Shown here piece by piece: positions 7,825-15,728 of a DNA stretch of 18,489 nucleotides (positions are counted from its first letter, which is position 1; the number at the start of each line of letters is the position of its first letter). Location of the stretch: assembly GCA_030614005.1 (NCBI GenBank), contig JAUWKS010000061.1, positions 1 to 18,489 of the forward strand. The letters are read 5' to 3'. The notes under the pieces are model-generated. The model saw nothing but the letters and a program-made list of their open reading frames with translations, ran no database searches and was not told where the DNA came from. This DNA comes from Candidatus Heimdallarchaeota archaeon (lineage in GTDB: Archaea; Asgardarchaeota; Heimdallarchaeia; JABLTI01). Position numbers and translations under genes: made by a program.

Positions 7825-7955
7825 TAGAATCGTGCAATTAATATACTTCATTGCAATAGCAATAATTATATAATCTATATGAGGATGCCAAAACTGTATT
7901 ACCGAACTAATTTTTGCAAAAGTTTTCTCTAGCATAAAATTAGGTGGTGGAAACT

Positions 7956-8222
7956 ATGTCTGAAGATGAACAACTAGCATTAAGAATATTAAAAGACATT
8001 AGTGAGGACACAAGTGTTCCAAGAAACATTCGAAGAAGCGCCAGTGATTCCCTTGCTACAATAAATAATGCAGAAGATGAACCTTCTATCGCAATTAGAG
8101 CAAATATTGCAACAAGTATTTTAGAAGAAACAAGTTTAGATCCAAATTGCCCTGTTCATGCTCGAACATTGATTTGGAAAGCAATTTCTATTTTGGAAAT
8201 TATTAGAGACGTAGAGGAATGA
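7956..8222 (+). CDS. UPF0147 family protein
   Basis: DTSVPRNIRR and DPNCPVHARTLIW are hallmark motifs. ATG 7956 follows AGGTGG. Confidence 0.93.
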   Translation: MSEDEQLALRILKDISEDTSVPRNIRRSASDSLATINNAEDEPSIAIRANIATSILEETSLDPNCPVHARTLIWKAISILEIIRDVEE

Positions 8223-8255
8223 TCCACACATTTTCACTCCTTTCATTTTTATTTG

Positions 8256-9647
8256 TTAATTTTGAGTTATTTTTAGAAATTCTTCTTCGAAATTCTCTTC
8301 TCCGATAGCTAATACATATGCTTTGCCATATCCAAGTGAATGGATATAACTATTGATGGTGTCAACATCTTCATTAAATGTAGTAATAATTAATGGTTTG
8401 CTTTCTCTGTCAGATAACTGTAATTGAGAAGCTGCTAAGAGAGCTTTCACTTCTTTCTTTTTCTGAAATGACAGCGAATAACTTTTTGTTTCGTCATCAC
8501 TGATAAGAAAGTTACTAATCCAAATTAAACCAAGAATCTCATTTCTAATCTGAAAATCCAAACGCCAAATCCTTTTATCTAAACCAAGTTCTTGATAATT
8601 TACAATCGAAATTGTTTTTTGAGAAAAAGCTATCTTTTGTTTTTTACAGAAATCTGCAAGGTAGTGATTGATTATTTTTTTATTTTCCCCTTCATAAATT
8701 GAATAGATACAAAAGGATCCATTCGGATGTGGAACTAGAAGTTTGAATAAAACACCGGCATCAAATAAGTAGGTAATATCCTTCTCTCGAAAACGGGTTT
8801 CATCTAAAGCAATTTTAAATTTACCAATGCGCTCTCTGTCCGCTTTTTTTGCGTAAATCCAATTGTTCAGAGCAACTTCATTGTAAAATTCTCGATGCTC
8901 ATCCATTATTATCGAATAATTTTTCTTAGTATTATTCACTGCTATTTTAGGTGTTAGTGATTGAGAGAGATGCTTCAGGTTCTTAGTTCTACTTTTTTCT
9001 TTCTTTTTAGCTCTTTTCTTCTTAGGAGATGATGGAGTTGCTTGTGCGAGAGACTCACTTAATGTCATATCATAACTAACTATAGGTGTTGACTCCGGAG
9101 CTTTTTTTTTATCGTTACTATTTGCTGAGCGAACATGTTCAATGGCATCTTCCCACAGTTTATCAAATTCCATTTCTAATTGGGCGGTTTCAGCAGTGCT
9201 TTCTCTTTGTCGAGGAAAGTTTAGCTGTGGAGCAGCTTCTTCTTCAGATTCTAATGATAAAAGATTGTCTATATCGATTTCTTGTTCTTCTTCAACTTCA
9301 GGCTCTAAATCACTTCTATCAATTTCGATATTTTCCGTTTCATCAAAAACCACTTCCCTTGTGAAGTCATCTAATTCTACAATAGTATCCTTCTCCAGTG
9401 AGAGGTTCAGTCTATTCTTATACCAATAATAGGTAATAAGTAAAATCTCAAAACCAAAGAACCCTATGATTAATAACCAGCTCTTTGAAAGTACATAAGA
9501 GGGAATTGAAAGTAGAAAAATGAACTGACTGCTAAATGAAGAAGCAGAGATGAGCAGAAAAATGTACGTTACCAAAAAAAGATAATTTATTACGGTAGTA
9601 CCTATCAATAGCTTCTTGAGAGTACCCTTACTCAATTGAAATTTCAT
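8256..9647 (-). CDS. Hypothetical membrane-anchored multidomain protein (about 463 aa)
   Basis: Long ORF with an N-terminal hydrophobic block (2-3 TM), an acidic linker, a Lys-rich patch and a globular C-terminal half. ATG 9647 is preferred over the ORF-track start at 9752. Confidence 0.85.
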   Translation of the reverse strand: MKFQLSKGTLKKLLIGTTVINYLFLVTYIFLLISASSFSSQFIFLLSIPSYVLSKSWLLIIGFFGFEILLITYYWYKNRLNLSLEKDTIVELDDFTREVVFDETENIEIDRSDLEPEVEEEQEIDIDNLLSLESEEEAAPQLNFPRQRESTAETAQLEMEFDKLWEDAIEHVRSANSNDKKKAPESTPIVSYDMTLSESLAQATPSSPKKKRAKKKEKSRTKNLKHLSQSLTPKIAVNNTKKNYSIIMDEHREFYNEVALNNWIYAKKADRERIGKFKIALDETRFREKDITYLFDAGVLFKLLVPHPNGSFCIYSIYEGENKKIINHYLADFCKKQKIAFSQKTISIVNYQELGLDKRIWRLDFQIRNEILGLIWISNFLISDDETKSYSLSFQKKKEVKALLAASQLQLSDRESKPLIITTFNEDVDTINSYIHSLGYGKAYVLAIGEENFEEEFLKITQN

Positions 9648-9772
9648 GTTAACTCGACCCGAAAGACTCTGCAAGTATGTATTAACTGACCTTTTTAAAC
9701 TCAAATAATTAGCAAGTAGAAAAGAAGGATAACTGAAAGTCAGTGAAAACAAAAAAAAATTGACAGGATATT

Positions 9773-10033
9773 TTATTCGTTAATTTTTTGATTTTGTGAA
9801 CTAAATCTGCAAATTGTGGTGACCATTAAGAATCCAGATTTATGAGCTCTGTGGTGTTCAATCTTATGAGGACATGTGGCACATTGTTTTGATGACAGTG
9901 ATTGACCGGACATTGGGCACAAAATCTCTCGAAATTTAAGCTGAGAGCTATCTATCCTATCAACATTAGAACCAATTTCTCTTATAGAGTGTTTTTCTAT
10001 TTCGTTTTTTGTACTCAGCATTTCTTTGAACAT
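9773..10033 (-). CDS. Small Cys/His-rich hypothetical protein (putative metal-binding)
   Basis: C-x11-CxxC-x20-C with four His between the last two Cys. ATG 10033 follows AAGGTT. It fills an otherwise empty gap, co-oriented with the downstream gene. Confidence 0.65.
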   Translation of the reverse strand: MFKEMLSTKNEIEKHSIREIGSNVDRIDSSQLKFREILCPMSGQSLSSKQCATCPHKIEHHRAHKSGFLMVTTICRFSSQNQKINE

Positions 10034-10267
10034 TGTTTTCAACCTTAAATTAGTAAGTTACAGTAAGTTTGCACATTCGCGATTTTTCTGTAATCAATAA
10101 TGTACAAATTTGCTTTTAAAGACATCAAAACTAACAAGATAGCATTACTTGTGCAAAGTATGATTTCCAAAAAAAAATAAGCTTCAAAAGAATCTTTTCT
10201 GCATTTATTTAATTTATTGTCTTTTAAATACTGAATTTCTCACCTAACTTATGAGTGTTAATAAATA

Positions 10268-11062
10268 ATGATAACAACGTTCAACCTCTTCAATGCTATC
10301 GCTTGGATCGTTGCTGGAGTTATTTCAGCAGTAATAAGCATCATATTTCTAAGTAAAAATCCAAAGAAAAAATTAAATCAGTTATTCTCTGCAGGTTTTC
10401 TCTTTTGGTCGTTTTCATTGCTTTTTAATGGAATAAATTTTCTAGTTGCTTATCGATCATTGTTCGTAGCAAATATCTTTAGAGATTTTTGTATATTAAC
10501 AGGAATTCTTTGTGCGATAACACTATTCATAGCGTCACTAGGAATTTATTATGGTGTAGAAAAAGTTAACTGGATTTTAATGGCAATACTAACTATTCTT
10601 GGAATTGTGCTATCAGTTTTCGGAGCCTTAAATGATTGGGTGACAGAAGATGGTCTTGGAGGATATAAGACTACAGATAACTGGTTTGGAAAAACTTGTG
10701 TTCAGATTATACCTGCATTATTCGTTATTGCTGGTTTAGTTTTGCTTATCCTTACGTATGCAACTCTTGAAAATAAAGCAGCAAAGAAACGAATCGGTTT
10801 TTTCACTTTGGGATTTTCTACCATTGTACTTGGATTACTTATGTTTGTATTTGATGCAATAGTTGATGTTTCTCCCTACATTTTCCTAACGTTAGCAATT
10901 ATTTCTTGGGTAGCCGGACCAGTATTAATGCTCATTGGTTTCTATATCACTCCAACAACCACTCCTCGACCGGTAGTGGTTAAAACTGTAGGAACGATTG
11001 ATACAAAAGCACTTGATCCGAAACAACAACAGCTGCAGCAGAAACTCGAAAGACCTTCCTAA
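10268..11062 (+). CDS. Standalone seven-transmembrane protein (HisKA_7TM-like sensor domain, no kinase)
   Basis: Seven hydrophobic segments by eye. The TM1-KNPKKKLNQLF-TM2 pattern resembles the N-terminal 7TM region of histidine kinases. It ends in a polar tail of about 37 aa. Confidence 0.75.
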   Translation: MITTFNLFNAIAWIVAGVISAVISIIFLSKNPKKKLNQLFSAGFLFWSFSLLFNGINFLVAYRSLFVANIFRDFCILTGILCAITLFIASLGIYYGVEKVNWILMAILTILGIVLSVFGALNDWVTEDGLGGYKTTDNWFGKTCVQIIPALFVIAGLVLLILTYATLENKAAKKRIGFFTLGFSTIVLGLLMFVFDAIVDVSPYIFLTLAIISWVAGPVLMLIGFYITPTTTPRPVVVKTVGTIDTKALDPKQQQLQQKLERPS

Positions 11063-11153
11063 TAGGTGGTTGTGATACCAAAAGGTATTAACGACATTTA
11101 ATTGGAGTCCATACGATAAAATGTTGGCAATACCACCTATTACCTATTTTTTC
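11060..11153 (+). other. 83-nt inverted-repeat-bounded structured element plus T-tract (terminator, cis-RNA or MITE-like)
   Basis: taataggtggt (11060-11070) / accacctatta (11132-11142) is a perfect 11-bp inverted repeat enclosing two further stems. T6 at 11147-11152. Confidence 0.6.
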
Positions 11154-11248
11154 TTTTAATCGCACAAAATGACAAAAGTAAATTTGCTAACTTACATCTA
11201 CTTTTAAAAACAAATTCTTTTGAAATGGTAGTAATGAAGTGATATAGA

Positions 11249-11530
11249 GTGTCAACCAATCTCAAGAAGAAATTGAAAAATCGTTTAGCCACTACTTGGG
11301 CTGAACACGCGAAGGTGCATGTTGGAAAAAACGGCCTATCTGAAACGCTCTTCAAGGAAGTAAGTAGTCAATTATTGCGTAGCGATTTAGTGAAAATCAA
11401 ATTCTTGTCAAATTTTTCGACTGAGAATTTCGATGCTGATATAAAAAAGATTTGCAAAAAAACTAGTGCAACTTTAGTTGGTAAAAGAGGAAAAGTAATT
11501 GTCATCTACAAAGGGATTAAAAGGGATTAA
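11249..11530 (+). CDS. yhbY: YhbY / CRM-domain RNA-binding protein
   Basis: HVGKNGL, LVKIKFL and LVGKRGKVIVIYK; 93 aa. Confidence 0.92.
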   Translation: MSTNLKKKLKNRLATTWAEHAKVHVGKNGLSETLFKEVSSQLLRSDLVKIKFLSNFSTENFDADIKKICKKTSATLVGKRGKVIVIYKGIKRD

Positions 11531-11616
11531 TTGATAATCTACTTCTCTTCTCAAGGTGAAATTATTTAATAGATAAAATCCAAAATAGCATGCAAGAAAG
11601 AATTAGTTGATGTTTC

Positions 11617-12495
11617 ATGACCACAGTTATTTCAGGACCAGGCCAATCAAATATTGGTGATCAATTAGCTAAATTGCTAAAAGCTGATTTAATTAGCATT
11701 CAACATAAATTTTTCCCAGATGGAGAAAGAGATCACATTTTCTCCAAAGAAGCATGTGATGATAAGACAATCATTGTTCAGTCTATCGTTCCTCCTCAAG
11801 ATTCAAATTTGATTAGTCTTTTACAATTAACTTACACCGCTCAAGAATTTGGTGCAAAGGACATAACCTTGGTAACACCATATTTAGCTTATGCTGCTAA
11901 AGATAGACGAATTTTACCAGGTGAGGTTGTTAGTATTTTTAATCTTTTTAAGATGATCGAAGCTACACCTGCTAAGAGGTTATTTGTAGTAGATATTCAT
12001 AATACAGAAATATTGTTAGGGAAAGAGAATTTTTACCACAATTTCTCTGCAATGCCTGAATTTGGTAAATACTTTCTAAAGAAAAATCTAAACAATCCAC
12101 TTGTACTAGCACCTGATTTTGGTGCAAAAGAACGAGTATCAATAATTGGTAAAGTAATGAATGCTGAAACTGATTACTTTGAGAAAAAACGTGACCCTAT
12201 TTCTGGTGAAACGAAACTTATCCTACACGAAATTCCTGTAAAAAACAGAGATGTAATTATTGCTGATGAGGTTATTCGTACAGGTGGTACAATAGTCAAA
12301 GCAATACAAGCACTTCAAAAAATGAATGCAGGAAGAATATTCGTTGCTAGTACTCATATGATGCTTGTGAATGATGCTGATAAAAAAATACTTACTGCAG
12401 GAGCAGAAGAGCTAGTCGGTACAGATAGCTTACCGTCAGAATATGGTATAGTTCCAGTAGCACCGATGATTAAAGATCAATTAGACAAGTATTGA
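11617..12495 (+). CDS. prs: Ribose-phosphate pyrophosphokinase (PRPP synthetase) homolog with non-canonical active-site motifs
   Basis: FPDGE, PYLAY, PGE, DIH, LAPD.GA, EKKR, TGGT and GTDS; the length fits the archaeal class III type. YARQD is replaced by YAAKD and DDxIST by DEVIRT. Confidence 0.88.
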   Translation: MTTVISGPGQSNIGDQLAKLLKADLISIQHKFFPDGERDHIFSKEACDDKTIIVQSIVPPQDSNLISLLQLTYTAQEFGAKDITLVTPYLAYAAKDRRILPGEVVSIFNLFKMIEATPAKRLFVVDIHNTEILLGKENFYHNFSAMPEFGKYFLKKNLNNPLVLAPDFGAKERVSIIGKVMNAETDYFEKKRDPISGETKLILHEIPVKNRDVIIADEVIRTGGTIVKAIQALQKMNAGRIFVASTHMMLVNDADKKILTAGAEELVGTDSLPSEYGIVPVAPMIKDQLDKY

Positions 12496-12511
12496 ATTGG
12501 AATGAGTATAT

Positions 12512-13618
12512 TTGACAAATTTAGAAGAAGCATCATTGGGAAAAATAACTGAACAACCCAATAAACCATTCTTTTTTCAGCTTTCAGGAATACACCCTGA
12601 GTTGCCATCTATTGAAGTATTGTCAATATTGAAAGGAGAAGAATTTCAATATAAAATTCTGAAAGAGGAAAGCCAATTTTTACTTGTAAATTGTTCCAAA
12701 CTAGCTGCCTATCAAACTGCAAAAAGAGCAGCTTATTGTCGCCGTTCTGTAGAGCTATTATATCGCTCAGAAGTGGGTTCTAAAACGACGGAAAATATTG
12801 CTAAGAGTATTTCAGAACAAATTGATTTTGGCAAAATTTTGCAAAAAGAGGACCGATTTAAAGTCAGAGTTTATCGAATTGGAAAGGCTCATGAAGAACA
12901 TGTTTCAATACACTTGGAAAAGGCAATTGGCGATATTATTTGGGAGCATACGAAAGGTGAGTATAAAGGGGATATGAAAAATCCAACTATAACATTCATA
13001 GTATTGTTCACAGAAAAGGACTTTTTCTTTGGACGTGAAACCTTTTCAAAGAAAAAAGGGTCGTTTACTGATCGCCGACCAGATTTACGACCATTCTTTA
13101 AACCAGGAACTTTAGAACCACGATTTGCTCGATTAATGGTGAATTTATCTCGAGCAAAACCAGGGGAATATCTACTGGATCCTTTTTGTGGCCCCGGTGG
13201 GATATTGATTGAAGGAGCGATTATTGGTTGCAAAATTCTGGGGTCAGATTTGGATAATCGAATGATAAAGGGGTCTAAGAAAAATATTGATCACTATTCT
13301 CCAGCTAACAATGCTGGTTTTGTGATGTCTGATGCAAAACAATTGCCATTTACTAATAAAATAAAAGCTATTGCAACTGATCCACCTTATGGGCGCTCAA
13401 CATCAACTTATGGAAAAGAAATAGAAGATTTACTCATTCAATTCTTTCAAAATGCAAAACAGATCCTGCAAAAAGACGGAATAATCGCAATAGGAATGTT
13501 TGAAGAGGTTCCTTTGCAAGAAATAGTAGAAAAAACGGGTTTTATATTAGAACACTTTGAAAAAATTTACATTCACAGGTCACTAACACGAAGGATAGGA
13601 GTTTGTCGAGTAAAATGA
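12512..13618 (+). CDS. trm11: tRNA (guanine(10)-N2)-dimethyltransferase (THUMP + Rossmann methyltransferase; TrmG10/Trm11)
   Basis: LSGIHPELP, THUMP region, RPFFKPGTLEPRFARLMVNL, LDPFCG.GGILIE, TDPPYGRS and HRSLTR. Confidence 0.93.
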   Translation: MTNLEEASLGKITEQPNKPFFFQLSGIHPELPSIEVLSILKGEEFQYKILKEESQFLLVNCSKLAAYQTAKRAAYCRRSVELLYRSEVGSKTTENIAKSISEQIDFGKILQKEDRFKVRVYRIGKAHEEHVSIHLEKAIGDIIWEHTKGEYKGDMKNPTITFIVLFTEKDFFFGRETFSKKKGSFTDRRPDLRPFFKPGTLEPRFARLMVNLSRAKPGEYLLDPFCGPGGILIEGAIIGCKILGSDLDNRMIKGSKKNIDHYSPANNAGFVMSDAKQLPFTNKIKAIATDPPYGRSTSTYGKEIEDLLIQFFQNAKQILQKDGIIAIGMFEEVPLQEIVEKTGFILEHFEKIYIHRSLTRRIGVCRVK

Positions 13619-14556
13619 CAACAATTAGAATAGTGTTCCTTGGAACCTCAGCAGCAGTACCGCAGAAAAATAGGTTTTTATCTGGTTTAGCATTACAAAG
13701 AGAGAAAGGAGAGATATTATTATTCGATTGTGGAGAAGGAACACAATATCAAATAATGAAATATAAAGTTAATTTTCAGAAGATATCAAAAATATTTCTA
13801 AGTCATTTACATGGAGATCACTTATACGGCATCTTTGGTCTTTTGAGTACGATGAAACTTGCAGATAGAAGCAATCCATTGAAAATCTATGGGCCTCCTG
13901 GGACAAAACAATATCTCAAGAGATTTTATGGAGAAAAAATAGAAAACGGATTTAGCTATCCAATCGGGATTTTCGACACAGAAGAAGGATTTGTGTGCGA
14001 AGATGAAGACTATCAAATTGTTGCAAAAAGAACAATGCATTCAATCTATACATTGGCTTATGCTTATATCGAAAAGGATCGATTAGGACATTTTGATACA
14101 AAGAAAGCACAGGAGCTAAAAGTAAAGAAAGGCAGTAAATGGCAGCAGTTACAAAAAGGGAAATCTGTTTTGTCAGAAGATAACAAAGTCATTCTACCAG
14201 AAATGGTTCTTGGACCCAAAAGAAGAGGCTTTAAAATTGTTATCGGGTCGGATGGAACATATCAAGAGGAAGATTTTGTGCCATTTGCTATGGGTGCAGA
14301 TGTTTTAGTGTTGGAAGCAACATTCAGTGATATAAATGAATCAAAAGCGAAAGAAAAATTACATTCTACTTCAAGATGGTCAGCAATAATAGCTCGAAAA
14401 GCAAAGGTTAAGAAACTATTTTTAACACATATTTCTCCTCGAACTGAAGAAGAAGAAAATCTCAAAAATGAAGCACAAGAAGAATTTCCATCTGCAGTAA
14501 TAGCTTACGATGGTTTAGAGATACATTTAAACAGAAAAGATTTGGAATCGGAATAA
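13615..14556 (+). CDS. rnz: Ribonuclease Z (short form, with flexible arm)
   Basis: FLGTSAAVP, FDCGEGTQ, SHLHGDH, the GxFD...GP exosite, EATF, HST and THISPR. ATG 13615 overlaps the trm11 stop (ATGA). Confidence 0.96.
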   Translation: MTTIRIVFLGTSAAVPQKNRFLSGLALQREKGEILLFDCGEGTQYQIMKYKVNFQKISKIFLSHLHGDHLYGIFGLLSTMKLADRSNPLKIYGPPGTKQYLKRFYGEKIENGFSYPIGIFDTEEGFVCEDEDYQIVAKRTMHSIYTLAYAYIEKDRLGHFDTKKAQELKVKKGSKWQQLQKGKSVLSEDNKVILPEMVLGPKRRGFKIVIGSDGTYQEEDFVPFAMGADVLVLEATFSDINESKAKEKLHSTSRWSAIIARKAKVKKLFLTHISPRTEEEENLKNEAQEEFPSAVIAYDGLEIHLNRKDLESE

Positions 14557-14575
14557 ATTTTTGAAAACAATTTTT

Positions 14576-15004
14576 TCAAGGGAATTTCTTAACGAGTCTT
14601 TCTTCAAAACCGTGTTTAGTGAAAGGGGTCAACCAATCAATTAAGTATTCAATGTCATCGTACTCAATAACAATCCTAATTGGTCCTAATGGTGATTCTC
14701 CTTCTTCATCACAGAAATTGATTTTCTTTACAAAGGCGACTTGTTTATTAATATAAAAAACGGTGGAATTATCAACTGTGCCTTTTCGCAATGTTTTTCG
14801 CGCTGCGTCAAGAATTCTTTGCTGTCTGAAAAGCTCGTAAAGATTGTCTAAGGAAGAGTATTTTTCACTCTCAATAAAAAGATAGGTTTCATCTCCCACT
14901 TTACGTTCTTGCACTTTTTCTTTGAAAACGGTTTGTAATGCAACAGCAATTTTTTTTGGATCCTCAGTTTTATTCTGCTTGGTTTCAGCTGATATTTTAA
15001 ACAT
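14576..15004 (-). CDS. UPF0201 family RNA-binding-domain protein
   Basis: QRILDAARK, INKQVAFV, ESPLGPI and IDWL. RBS GGTGA (complement of 15014-15018). Confidence 0.93.
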   Translation of the reverse strand: MFKISAETKQNKTEDPKKIAVALQTVFKEKVQERKVGDETYLFIESEKYSSLDNLYELFRQQRILDAARKTLRKGTVDNSTVFYINKQVAFVKKINFCDEEGESPLGPIRIVIEYDDIEYLIDWLTPFTKHGFEERLVKKFP

Positions 15005-15135
15005 AGTTACTAATCACCGTTGCTATTTTTGTTATAATTCACCAAACCGTTATTAAAGAATTTGACGAAATCAGAAATATTCACTAAACTTTAATTACTA
15101 AAATTAGAAGTATAAATAATAAGGTGTAATAAGCT

Positions 15136-15696
15136 ATGTCCGTAAGATGTTTCTTTGCTGTAGAGTTGAAAACAAAACCAATTATCAACAAAATAACTGC
15201 ATTCCAAAACAACCTTGCAGAAACAGGTGGAAGAATAAAATTGGTTGCTCCTGAGATCCTCCATTTAACAATAAAGTTTCTAGGGGATATAGATGAAACC
15301 ATCCTACCGGATTTGCAGAAAGAAGCAGAGAAAATATTACTTGATAAATTTCAAATTGAATATAGAGGAGCAGGTTGTCTGCCAAGTTTTCAAAGAATAA
15401 ATACTATTTATATTGTTGTAACTAAAGGAAAGGAGAAACTAGTTGAATTAGCTAAAATGGTAGAAGAGACTTGCTCGAAGTTTAATTTACGGAAAGAAAC
15501 TCGACCATACAAAGCACATTTAACAATTGGTCGTGTCAAATATCCTGGCGATAAACAATTATTGATTGAGAGAATAAAAGAACAACAAGATGAGCTATTC
15601 GGTGAGGTAGAAGTTACAAGTTTCCAATTAAAGAAAAGTATACTGACACCTGCGGGGCCATTATATAATGATTTGTTTAGAATTAATTTAAAATAG
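15136..15696 (+). CDS. thpR: RNA 2',3'-cyclic phosphodiesterase (2H phosphoesterase)
   Basis: RCFFAVE, two HxT motifs (HLTIKFLG, HLTIGRVK) and SILTPAGPLY. Confidence 0.96.
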   Translation: MSVRCFFAVELKTKPIINKITAFQNNLAETGGRIKLVAPEILHLTIKFLGDIDETILPDLQKEAEKILLDKFQIEYRGAGCLPSFQRINTIYIVVTKGKEKLVELAKMVEETCSKFNLRKETRPYKAHLTIGRVKYPGDKQLLIERIKEQQDELFGEVEVTSFQLKKSILTPAGPLYNDLFRINLK

Positions 15697-15728
15697 AAAT
15701 AACTAATGATTACTTGAGGATTACACTT

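Noticed and set aside
7830-7875. tgcaat...attgca inverted repeat and attatataat palindrome upstream of UPF0147
   Set aside because: Short, AT-rich and expected by chance. The second is adequately explained as a TATA box.
8990-9030. PKKKRAK resembles an SV40-type nuclear localisation signal
   Set aside because: Lys-rich patches are common in AT-rich genomes and an NLS has no meaning in an archaeon. Kept only as a basic patch.
10268-11062. 7TM protein as a microbial rhodopsin or heliorhodopsin
   Set aside because: No lysine in TM7 (YIFLTLAIISWVAGPVLMLIGFY) and no retinal-pocket motifs.
11060-11142. 3'-UTR structure as a eukaryote-like SECIS or a C/D box RNA
   Set aside because: The upstream gene has no in-frame TGA, the GTGA...GA segments do not form helix II, and there is no CTGA D box.
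14290-14450. RNase Z has LEAT instead of HEAT and GSDG instead of SGDT
   Set aside because: The functional Glu, Asp, HST His, HxHxDH and final His are all retained, so it is probably an ordinary active enzyme.
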